64,000 nucleotides of DNA from Promethearchaeota archaeon. Lineage in GTDB: Archaea; Asgardarchaeota; Lokiarchaeia; Sigyniarchaeales; SOKP01. The notes under the pieces were generated by a model. It did no database searches. It was not told the origin of the DNA and worked only from the letters and a program-made list of their open reading frames with translations. Below, one piece after another: positions 10,829-19,459 of this stretch. The translations under genes and the position numbers were made by a program. Location: contig JAEOUA010000006.1 of the NCBI GenBank assembly GCA_016839555.1, positions 320,001 through 384,000 of the forward strand, in the 5' to 3' direction. The first letter of the stretch is position 1. Each line of letters begins with the position of its first letter.

Positions 10829-11596
10829 TTAATAGTCATGTGGAATTCCTTTAATATGCAGGAGTAAATGTTCATATCCATCTATATCTTTTATCCATCC
10901 ATAATTTGCATCTTTCTTTGAATCTAAATCTTTAATATAAGGTTTAATATCGAGTAAAGGAGTATCATCAAAAACATCTAATCCTGAAGTAAAGATTTTA
11001 TTATCTACAATTTTTTTAATTTTTACAATGCTAATTCCTATGGGATTTGGGCGTACAGGAGATCTACTCGCAAAAACTCCAACTTCTAATCCACCAGTCC
11101 AAGGGGGAGATACTATATTCTCTGTTTCTCGAGATATACGATGAATATAATAAATTATATAGATATACTTAAATTTCTCAAGTGCGTGAAGTCCCTCAAC
11201 ATATTCAGGATTTAGAATAATTTGAAAATTTCCTTTATCTTTATCGACCGGTTGATAAGGGGCATTATCTGTATAAGGCGTATGAATGATCCCAATCTCT
11301 TTGAATTTAAATTTATTTATAGATTTACTCCTTTTAGGTATTGAACTTTCTTTTTCTTTTATTTTTTTATCTAAATTTTTATTTTCATCGCTTTCTAATT
11401 TTTCTTTCGCTGATTCAAAACTTTTATTTATTTCCTCAAATAAATGCATTGCTTCTGTTAAATCTTGAGTAATACCTTCAGAAATAGATTTTTTAATTTT
11501 TTCTACCCATTTTTCAATTTCTTTTTCATGCTGTTTATTATGGTTAATCCAATAAGAGAAAAGCTTGTTGAGCTCTTCTGGTTTTAAATCATTCAT
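10829..11596 (-). CDS. tsaA: TsaA/TrmO tRNA m6t6A37 methyltransferase with an extra N-terminal helical domain
   Basis: IGIIHTPY, GVFASRSPVRPNPIGIS, GLDVFDDTPLLDIKPY. Confidence 0.85.
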   Translation of the reverse strand: MNDLKPEELNKLFSYWINHNKQHEKEIEKWVEKIKKSISEGITQDLTEAMHLFEEINKSFESAKEKLESDENKNLDKKIKEKESSIPKRSKSINKFKFKEIGIIHTPYTDNAPYQPVDKDKGNFQIILNPEYVEGLHALEKFKYIYIIYYIHRISRETENIVSPPWTGGLEVGVFASRSPVRPNPIGISIVKIKKIVDNKIFTSGLDVFDDTPLLDIKPYIKDLDSKKDANYGWIKDIDGYEHLLLHIKGIPHDY

Positions 11597-11701
11597 ATTT
11601 AGTGTTTGCTCTTATCCTCTCTAGTTGAGTCCTTTTGTATTAAAAATTCTAAAAAGATATTTAATAATCCCCATCTAAGCTAATATAAATCTTAAAAATA
11701 T

Positions 11702-12043
11702 TTATATGAGAGCTTCGATTTTTTCTAAGGTTTTTTCATTAACTTTTATTTCCCTTAAAAAGTGTCTTTTAATTCTTTTAAGGAATCCTCTCCTTTCTTT
11801 TTCTGTTTCATAATTTGTTAATAGTTCTTTAACCCATTTGATGTTATTTTCTACTTCTTCAGGAATTTTTTCACTATCATGTCTGGCGGCATTTTGCGGA
11901 CATATTTTATGGCATGTGCCACATCTAATACATATATCCATATCTATTTGAGCATTTTCATCAACCATAGTAATCGCTCCAGAAGGACATTCTTCAATGC
12001 AAATGCCGCAACCATCACATAAATTTGCATCTATCCAAGGCAT
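11702..12043 (-). CDS. 2[4Fe-4S] ferredoxin-domain protein
   Basis: CDGCGICIEECP and CIRCGTCHKICP motifs plus a helical C-terminal tail. Confidence 0.9.
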   Translation of the reverse strand: MPWIDANLCDGCGICIEECPSGAITMVDENAQIDMDICIRCGTCHKICPQNAARHDSEKIPEEVENNIKWVKELLTNYETEKERRGFLKRIKRHFLREIKVNEKTLEKIEALI

Positions 12044-12287
12044 TTTATATTCACTTTTAAATTAAATATATAAAATCTATCATTAGTTTTATTAAAATTT
12101 TATTAATTAAGAAAAGATACACTATTTTAAAAAAAAGTTCGAATTTTATATATAATTATTTATTTAACAGTTTATATTTCAAATCTTTTAGCTTTTTTTC
12201 TCTATTATTACAAAAATATTTGTTTATTTTTCGATAAACCTAATAATATAAACTATTGGCCACTTCATATTGAATATCATCAATGAA

Positions 12288-13253
12288 TTATTCTACCCAA
12301 CCTATTCCAACTACACAGCCTTGATAATCAATCATTTTATTTTTAGTAAACCCCGCTTTTACCAAATCACTTTTCAATTCTTCCTCCGTAAAAATAGTAT
12401 CAGAAATAGATTCTTTATAGATTTTTAAAAGTAAATCCGCAGTAACATCGTCAGTAAGAGGAAAGTCTGCTTTTGTTACTACAATAATCATCCCTCCTGG
12501 CTGAAGAATCCTATGGAGTTCCTTTAACACTTCAACCTCATTCATTCTAAAAAAATTGGTATTTTTTTTATAGTCCGGTATCGCAACCATTTCAATGAAA
12601 TCATTAGGCTCTCTAATTGTTTTTTTATATACTTCTGAAATATGAATATCCATCAGTTCTGTTTCAGTATAATTCTCATAGTTTTCTTTCTTAGAGAGAA
12701 TAAAAACTTCATCAGCTAATGTTTTAAATAAACTTATAAGTCTCAAAAAAATATGCTTGGAGAACCATACTGCCATAATATTTTCTAAATGGTCTTTATT
12801 GCTAATTTTTTTTATCCGGTCCGTTAACCCCTCGTCAAACTGTATAACATCTGGAATCACACTGCTATCCATAAAAAATTGTAGCAGATATTTTAATAAA
12901 TAATTGGTTAGTGGTGTGGCCTCGACTGTTTGAACTCTTCTCTTATGATTAAGGTTAAATTTTACTAAACCTCGTTTTTCGAGGTTAGATAAATTATTAT
13001 AAAAACTGGAAGTAGAGAGATCTGAATTACTTTTTTCTTTTTTCTCAGTATATTCAAGATATTTGGCTTCATATTCACTTAAATTTATATCTTTGAATTT
13101 ATTTACGTTTATTTTGTTATTTTGAATTAATTCATTTACAATTACATAAAGAGTGTATCTTACAATTGGCTTTCCATACTCTAACAATAAATTTAGAGTA
13201 ATGATTTCTATAAGTGATAGATCAATAAGATTTCCAATTCGTAACTTTTTCAT
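12288..13253 (-). CDS. Putative transcription regulator: winged-helix domain fused to a degenerate methyltransferase-like domain
   Basis: LSTSSFYNNLSNLEKRGLVKF recognition helix and wing; C-terminal VLKELHRILQPGGMIIV and FTEEELKSDLVKAGF as in class I MTases, but no GxGxG motif. Confidence 0.6.
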   Translation of the reverse strand: MKKLRIGNLIDLSLIEIITLNLLLEYGKPIVRYTLYVIVNELIQNNKINVNKFKDINLSEYEAKYLEYTEKKEKSNSDLSTSSFYNNLSNLEKRGLVKFNLNHKRRVQTVEATPLTNYLLKYLLQFFMDSSVIPDVIQFDEGLTDRIKKISNKDHLENIMAVWFSKHIFLRLISLFKTLADEVFILSKKENYENYTETELMDIHISEVYKKTIREPNDFIEMVAIPDYKKNTNFFRMNEVEVLKELHRILQPGGMIIVVTKADFPLTDDVTADLLLKIYKESISDTIFTEEELKSDLVKAGFTKNKMIDYQGCVVGIGWVE

Positions 13254-13294
13254 AATTCGTTCTTATTTTTAAATAATTAAAATTTATTAATAAG

Positions 13295-13312
13295 ATTTTC
13301 AAAATTGAAAAT
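13295..13312. promoter_or_regulatory. Candidate operator palindrome ATTTTCA-N4-TGAAAAT in the regulator/GRE divergent promoter
   Basis: Perfect 7-bp inverted repeat; a second TGAAAAT half-site at 13329-13335 lies next to a TATA-like TTTAATATA; the AT-rich context lowers significance. Confidence 0.35.
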
Positions 13313-13435
13313 TATTTATACCAAAAAATGAAAATACTTTAATATAAAGTTATAAATTATAATAATTAGAATTAAAAATTTTAAAAATAATCTTTCTATA
13401 AAAAATTGAGAAAAATTAGAGAGGTATATCAATAA

Positions 13436-15937
13436 ATGAGTAAAACTTCAGATTCCTCTGAATTTAAGAAACAGCATCCTTTTGAGGTGGCAAAACCTCA
13501 CGATATGCTTCCACGATCTAAATGGCTTCGTGAATATTATTTTAAAGGAGCTGAAAGAGAATGGAACAATGAATTCTCTCCTTTCACTACTGGAACAGAA
13601 TGGGACATATTGTTTAATGAATTAAATTTTTACATCGTCCCAGAGGTGTATATGTACATTGGAAACAAAGGAAAGGGGGTATTTGAAACTTCCTTCAGAT
13701 CAAGCGCAATCCCCATTGATTTACCGGAAAATTTTTGGGATTTATCCATTCCTGAACGAAGAGTTCTTTTTTTTGAAAAAGCAATGGTGGATTATATCCC
13801 TTACGAAATTATCTCTGAAAACGATTTAATCGCGGGTGGACGTTATAACACTCAATTAAGTCATTGCTTAGATAATAAAGAAACTAAGAAATTTTGGAAA
13901 AAATTAATTAAAACGCGTGAAAAATTCTTCAAATTCCATAAAAGTGGATTCGGTAACACAGGCGCTACCTCAGGGCATATTATTCCCGACTATGAAACGG
14001 TTATAAATAAAGGTTTTAAATTTTTGCATGATAAAGCGAAGAGGAGCTATGAAAATCTCAGTGGAAAAGAGAAAAACGGAGCAGAAGGGGCAGAATTGCG
14101 AGCAATGATAAGAGCCACTGAAATCCCCAGAAAATTAGCAAAGAGATATGCAGAAGAATGTCGAAGATTAAAGGAAGATGCCACTCCAGAAAGAGCAGAA
14201 GAATTAGAACAGATGGCAAAAAGTTTAGAAAGAGTACCATGGGAACCAGCAGAAACCTTCTGGCAGGGTGTTCAAGCAATATGGTTAACGCATATGTTAA
14301 TTATGGCAGAAGAATCATACCCGGGAGCGGGCACATCTTTTGGCAGAACAGACCAACACCTCTGGCATTTATATAAGAAAGATGTAATTGAAGAGAAAAC
14401 CATCACCAAAGACTTCGCAAAAGAAATATTGGGAAGCTTTTGGTTTCATTGCAATACTGCATATGATGCGATGATACGAGTAGGGAAACAAGGGATCACA
14501 TCAGGCTTCGGACAATTAATGACACTTTCAGGCTGTGGTCCAAATGGGGAAGATCTGACGAATGAACTAACGTATACCATTTTAGAAGTCATAGATGAAT
14601 GGTCTCCGATCCTCGAACCGAAACCAAATATCCGCCTACATCGAAATTCTCCGGATAAATTACTTAATATCATTGTAGACATGGTGTCACGCGCTCAAGG
14701 AGCACCATTTCTGTTAAATTTCGATGAAAGAAGTATTGCAGGAATGGTCTTGGAAGGAATTCCCAAAGAGCAGGCATGGGATTATGCATGTGTGGGCTGT
14801 TTAGAAAATACAATGCAAGGAAATGATCGCTCTGGAACCGTGAATTGTAATCCAAACTTAGCAAAAAGTATAGAATTAACCTTATGGAACGGCAAAAATA
14901 TGCCGGGAAATGTAGTTAAAGACTGGACAAAGGAAGGAGAGCAATTTGGACCAAAAACAGGAGATTCAGAAAATTTTGAAACATGGGAAGAGTTTTTTGC
15001 CGCATGGAAAAAGCAAATCGAATTTATCATTAGATATCTTGTGGAAGTTAATAATGAAACAGAAGAACTACGTGGAAATTATCTTCCAACTCCTTATTTA
15101 TCCACTTTTGTAAGAGGATGCATTGAACAAGGCTTAGATGTGAGAAATGGGGGAGCAGAATTAAGTTTTATCACCGTGGAAGGGGTTGGCTATGCCACTA
15201 CCGTTGATTCTTTATTAGCAATCAAAAAACTGGTGTATGAGGATAAAAAATATACAATTTCGGAAATAAAGGATGCATTAGTTAAAGATTTTCAAGGAAA
15301 AGAAAATTCGATCATTCAAACCACTTTAATTCATAAAGCTCCAAAATACGGAAATGATAATGATGAAGCGGATGAATTGGCTCGAATAGTAATGAAAACA
15401 TGGGCTGATGAAACATGGAAATATAAAACTCCCACCAACTTTCAATATCGACCTGGAATGCTTTCGTGGAATTATTGGGCGGGTGCTGATGCAATGCTTA
15501 CACCAGCAACTCCCAATGGTCGGAATGCCGCGACCTATTTGTCGAATGCAATTTGTCCTACAGATGGCGTCGATATAAAAGGCCCCACAGCGGTGACTAA
15601 TTCCGTAGGAATGGCCCTCGGAGGCAAGACTGAGCATGGTGAATATATCAATTACTTACCAAATGGCGCAAGTCACACCATCACCTTTAATCCAAGCATA
15701 CTACGAGTCCCAGAAAATAAGGAGAAATTTAAATCATATCTTCGTGGATATATTGAAAATGGAGGAACTTCTTTGCAAATTAACATGATTGATGCTGATG
15801 TGTTGCGCGATGCTCAAAAGCACCCGGAGAACTATGAAAACCTGCTGGTCAGAATTACTGGCTATAATGCGTATTTTACGGCGATTGGGAAAGAGCTTCA
15901 AAACGAGATAATAAAGCGAGAATCTCATCAAATATAA
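13436..15937 (+). CDS. Glycyl radical enzyme (PFL superfamily, non-PFL type), substrate unknown
   Basis: 833 aa; Cys loop YACVGCLE (Cys455), Gly loop LLVRITGYNAYF (Gly809), SFGRTDQHL, APKYGNDNDEAD. Confidence 0.93.
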   Translation: MSKTSDSSEFKKQHPFEVAKPHDMLPRSKWLREYYFKGAEREWNNEFSPFTTGTEWDILFNELNFYIVPEVYMYIGNKGKGVFETSFRSSAIPIDLPENFWDLSIPERRVLFFEKAMVDYIPYEIISENDLIAGGRYNTQLSHCLDNKETKKFWKKLIKTREKFFKFHKSGFGNTGATSGHIIPDYETVINKGFKFLHDKAKRSYENLSGKEKNGAEGAELRAMIRATEIPRKLAKRYAEECRRLKEDATPERAEELEQMAKSLERVPWEPAETFWQGVQAIWLTHMLIMAEESYPGAGTSFGRTDQHLWHLYKKDVIEEKTITKDFAKEILGSFWFHCNTAYDAMIRVGKQGITSGFGQLMTLSGCGPNGEDLTNELTYTILEVIDEWSPILEPKPNIRLHRNSPDKLLNIIVDMVSRAQGAPFLLNFDERSIAGMVLEGIPKEQAWDYACVGCLENTMQGNDRSGTVNCNPNLAKSIELTLWNGKNMPGNVVKDWTKEGEQFGPKTGDSENFETWEEFFAAWKKQIEFIIRYLVEVNNETEELRGNYLPTPYLSTFVRGCIEQGLDVRNGGAELSFITVEGVGYATTVDSLLAIKKLVYEDKKYTISEIKDALVKDFQGKENSIIQTTLIHKAPKYGNDNDEADELARIVMKTWADETWKYKTPTNFQYRPGMLSWNYWAGADAMLTPATPNGRNAATYLSNAICPTDGVDIKGPTAVTNSVGMALGGKTEHGEYINYLPNGASHTITFNPSILRVPENKEKFKSYLRGYIENGGTSLQINMIDADVLRDAQKHPENYENLLVRITGYNAYFTAIGKELQNEIIKRESHQI

Positions 15938-15965
15938 ATAATAGTAAGGAGGTAATTATAGTATC

Positions 15966-16970
15966 ATGGCAAGTGCATCTAAAGTATTGATTTTCGAAAT
16001 ACAGAAAATGTCTACAGAAGACGGACCTGGAATTCGAACAACAGTCTTTATGAAGCATTGTCCATTAAAATGTGTATGGTGTCATAATCCAGAATCGATC
16101 CCGAAAAAGCCACTATTAGAATGGTTAAAACACAAGTGCATAGGATGTAAAACATGTGTAGAAACATGCAAACAGCATGCGCTCTCTCTTGATAAGGAAG
16201 GACTTCACATAGATAGAGAGAAATGTATTAGCTGTGGAGAGTGTGTAGAAGCATGTCCAAGCACAGCACTTCATATGTTTGGCACTTGGTGGGACTTAGA
16301 AGACTTATTTCACGAAGTACATAAAGATAGGGTATATTATATAAAATCTGGCGGAGGAATTACGGTCTCTGGTGGAGAGCCCACCCTTCAGCCCGAATTT
16401 ATAGAACATTTCTTTAAAAAATGTAAGGAAAATGGGCTTTCTACAGCCTTAGATACCTGTGGATATGCATCAAAAGAGACTTTTAAGAAAATATTACCCT
16501 ATGTCGATTTAATATTGTTAGATATTAAGGAAATAGATCCAGAAAAGCATAAGGAATATACAGGAGTTTCCAATGAAAAAATTCTTGAAAATGCCAAATG
16601 GCTTGCCAGCTATGTAAAAGATCATAACAAAAAAATCTGGATAAGAACACCTCTAATTCCAAACTATACTGCGACGAAAGAAAATATTAAGGGAATTGGA
16701 ACTTTTATCGTCAACGAGTTAGAAAATATTCCCGAGAGGTGGGATCTTCTGGCGTTTAATAACTTATGCGCCGCCAAATATGATCGCCTTGATATCGACT
16801 GGCCGCTAAACGGTTTACCATTGATGAGAGAGGAAACAATTGAAAAATTATATAAGCTGGCGAAAGATACTGGCGTTGCCAATGTGCAATGGTCTGGATT
16901 AACTAAAAAAAAGGAAAGTGAAGAAGAGATATCTTCTTATGATGATACAGTAAAATTACCTTCTTGTTAA
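15966..16970 (+). CDS. Glycyl-radical enzyme activating protein (radical SAM with 2[4Fe-4S] insert)
   Basis: DGPGIRTTVF, CPLKCVWCHNPES, CIGCKTCVETC, CISCGECVEAC, SGGEP; SD-like AAGGAGGT at 15946-15953. Confidence 0.95.
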   Translation: MASASKVLIFEIQKMSTEDGPGIRTTVFMKHCPLKCVWCHNPESIPKKPLLEWLKHKCIGCKTCVETCKQHALSLDKEGLHIDREKCISCGECVEACPSTALHMFGTWWDLEDLFHEVHKDRVYYIKSGGGITVSGGEPTLQPEFIEHFFKKCKENGLSTALDTCGYASKETFKKILPYVDLILLDIKEIDPEKHKEYTGVSNEKILENAKWLASYVKDHNKKIWIRTPLIPNYTATKENIKGIGTFIVNELENIPERWDLLAFNNLCAAKYDRLDIDWPLNGLPLMREETIEKLYKLAKDTGVANVQWSGLTKKKESEEEISSYDDTVKLPSC

Positions 16971-16999
16971 TAAAAATTAAATAAAAAAGATGACTGTGT

Positions 17000-17905
17000 A
17001 TGGCAAAAAATAAAACGAAAAATAAGACAAAAGGACCTCAATGGTCTAAGACATTATCTCCGGAAGCAATTGAGTTTACCCAACCCGCAATAATGTTAAA
17101 AATGGTATCGACAATTGATGATCGTGGGTGGCCTCATATCACCATCATCACAAGTAATCGTGCGTCTGCTAAAGATAAGATTGTATGGGGTGCCTTCACA
17201 GATGGGACGAGTAAAGAAAACGTAAAAAAAAATCCCAAGCAAGGGATTCTTTATATGACTGCTGAAATGCCCTTTAAATTCCTTCAAGCGAAAGCGGATT
17301 TTGATTATACAACGAAAGAAGGAGATGATTTAGAATTCTTCAACAACACCGAATTAATGCGCTATTTCACTTATGTCAGGGTTCATACTGCATATTATAA
17401 TAATCTGGTAGCTGCAACCGGAATAAGAGACCTTCCACTGTTGGGAATCGTGTCTGGGATTGTAAAAGATTTAATCGGGAAAGGAGGGTTAAAAACAGGT
17501 TTAGATGAAGAGCGGCTGAATCCAATAGGATATAAGCTCTATACTGCTCCTATTGCAGTACGAGCAATCGCATATTTGGATCCGTCCGATGGCTATCCTA
17601 TAATAATTCCTTGTATTCCACTACAGGCCGCTGATCATAATAGACTCGTTTTTCCCTTGGCATCAAACAGCGATGATTTGCTCAAAATTCCAGAAGGAGC
17701 AAAAGTAGCGGTTCATTGTATGAATTTTGATTTTGCTAATCTAGTTGTGAAGGGAACTTATACAGGATTTAAAAAATCACGATTATTCAAATTTGGTGTA
17801 ATCGAAATCGAGGAAGTCTATAATTCTTGCCCTCCTGTGTTTGGTGTAATATATCCTGAAGAGAGGAGATATGAAAGACCAAAGGTAGTTGATTTTCATC
17901 TTTAA
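17000..17905 (+). CDS. Tandem pyridoxamine-5'-phosphate-oxidase-like (flavin/F420-binding split barrel) protein
   Basis: Module 1 MVSTIDDRGWPHIT...SKENVKKNPK and module 2 AIAYLDPSDGYPIIIP...KVAV...VVKG. Confidence 0.7.
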   Translation: MAKNKTKNKTKGPQWSKTLSPEAIEFTQPAIMLKMVSTIDDRGWPHITIITSNRASAKDKIVWGAFTDGTSKENVKKNPKQGILYMTAEMPFKFLQAKADFDYTTKEGDDLEFFNNTELMRYFTYVRVHTAYYNNLVAATGIRDLPLLGIVSGIVKDLIGKGGLKTGLDEERLNPIGYKLYTAPIAVRAIAYLDPSDGYPIIIPCIPLQAADHNRLVFPLASNSDDLLKIPEGAKVAVHCMNFDFANLVVKGTYTGFKKSRLFKFGVIEIEEVYNSCPPVFGVIYPEERRYERPKVVDFHL

Positions 17906-17911
17906 AAATAA

Positions 17912-17945
17912 ATTTTATTCTTTTTTTTATATTTATTTTTTTAAA
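17912..17945 (+). terminator. Oligo-T tract, likely archaeal terminator of the GRE operon
   Basis: TTTTATTCTTTTTTTTTATATTTATTTTTTT immediately after the stop at 17905. Confidence 0.45.
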
Positions 17946-17962
17946 CTTTAATTTTACATAAA

Positions 17963-18256
17963 AATTTTGTACAATGGTATCTTCTTATAGCAGTAGTCAA
18001 AAATTTGATTATTGGGATTTTACTCTAATACTATTCACTTAAATCAGAAATTCCAGAAATTAAATTAAAAGGCAAATTATTGCTTGTAGCATTTATATCT
18101 ACTACTGTCGGAGCGGTTTTAGATACAACTTTACCATTTACAATCATAACTTTACCAATATTCAGGTCCTTAGAGATTTTTGGGTCTATTGCTTTTTATG
18201 GCGGATAAATTTTGCCAGATTGGATGAAGAGATTATTTTTAAAAGAAATTAAGTAA
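17963..18256 (+). pseudogene. Decayed C-terminal fragment of a multi-pass membrane protein
   Basis: One frame reads NFVQWYLLIAVVKNLIIGILL*YYSLKSEIPEIKLKGKLLLVAFISTTVGAVLD...FYGG*ILPDWMKRLFLKEIK*, with TAA at 18026 and 18206 and no start. Confidence 0.65.
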
Positions 18257-18311
18257 TTATTTAAATCTCTAAACTTTAGTATTTCTAATAAACCCAACAA
18301 GAAATTGAATC

Positions 18312-19052
18312 GTGAACTTGTTTCGAAAACAATTTGGAATGGAATATAATCATTTATACGAAATTTTAGCCACTTCAATTAGAGATAATCCTTTAAAAAA
18401 AAAAATTATTCCAAATACAGCAGCTATGGGTATAAGGTTAGTAGAAAATAATATTATCAAAATCGCTCCCTATCCTACTACCCAAACTTATAAAAATTTA
18501 AAAGAGAATGGAGTCATCATATTAAATCTGGTAGATAATGTATATTTATTTGCATTGGCTGCTTTAAAAGAACCCGATTCACCGATAGGATTAAAAAAAT
18601 TTCCTAAAGAAAAATATCATTACATAAAGGTTCCGAATAAAGAAAATTTAGCTAAAAATATTCCAAGAAATACTGTTGACAATTTAAATGGTATTCCATA
18701 TATTAAAAGCGCTAATGGGATATTAATTTGTAAAGTTATTGATGAAAATGACAAAATAAAGAAAAATAAATTAGGGGAGATCAAAATCACAGAATTCCAA
18801 TTAAATTGTATCTTTCATAAAAAATTTAAGGAGAGTGTTAAGCTTTTTAATAGAGCTGATAATCTAGCCCTTGAGAGTATTATTTTAGCAACACGATTAA
18901 AGATAGCATATGAAAAACAAGATCAAGAACTATGCTCGGTAATTTATAATCAAATTTTAAATTATAGAAAAGATATAGCTCGATTTTCGAAAAATAAAAA
19001 CGCTAATGAAACTATGAAATTAATAGATAATTATATTAGAAGATATTCATAA
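18312..19052 (+). CDS. DUF447 family protein (true start may be ATG 18339)
   Basis: NTAAMGI, TQTYKNLKENG..ILNLVD, FNRADNLALESIILATRL; converges on mptD/mptG. Confidence 0.75.
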   Translation: MNLFRKQFGMEYNHLYEILATSIRDNPLKKKIIPNTAAMGIRLVENNIIKIAPYPTTQTYKNLKENGVIILNLVDNVYLFALAALKEPDSPIGLKKFPKEKYHYIKVPNKENLAKNIPRNTVDNLNGIPYIKSANGILICKVIDENDKIKKNKLGEIKITEFQLNCIFHKKFKESVKLFNRADNLALESIILATRLKIAYEKQDQELCSVIYNQILNYRKDIARFSKNKNANETMKLIDNYIRRYS

Positions 19053-19058
19053 AATTTG

Positions 19059-19454
19059 TTATTTTTCAATAATTTTCTCGATAAACATTAAAGGGTATTC
19101 AAGATCTTTTACCCAATCTATTCTTGCTGTTATTTCTACCTGTTCAAACTGTACAATCACTTTTGCTCGGATAATTTTTCCCGTTATTTCATCGTAATCA
19201 AATTCATTGGACTTTTCTCCTTTAATATTATCTCGATCTAAATTTACTTCTACTTTTTTTATAAATGGTTGGCATTTCAGGGATGCTTCTATTCCCTTTT
19301 CAATAGAGGAAATTACTTTTTGATCCCGAGAAATAGGGATTCCACATAAAATGTGATAAAGAGCTCCGAGTTTAATACCTGCCTCAAAACATGCCCTTTC
19401 TCTTTCAGTTATATCAGAGGCAAAATAAATTTTATCTACAGTTTTTTCTTTCAT
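19059..19454 (-). CDS. mptD: Archaeal dihydroneopterin aldolase
   Basis: ERACFEAGIKLGALYH...G.PIS...IE.S...QPF...LEYPLM. Confidence 0.88.
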   Translation of the reverse strand: MKEKTVDKIYFASDITERERACFEAGIKLGALYHILCGIPISRDQKVISSIEKGIEASLKCQPFIKKVEVNLDRDNIKGEKSNEFDYDEITGKIIRAKVIVQFEQVEITARIDWVKDLEYPLMFIEKIIEK

Positions 19455-19459
19455 TTTTC

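Noticed and set aside
13436-15937. Calling the GRE pyruvate formate-lyase (pflB) or choline TMA-lyase (cutC)
   Set aside because: It has no adjacent Cys-Cys, and I cannot verify CutC-specific residues or context; no gene symbol was given.
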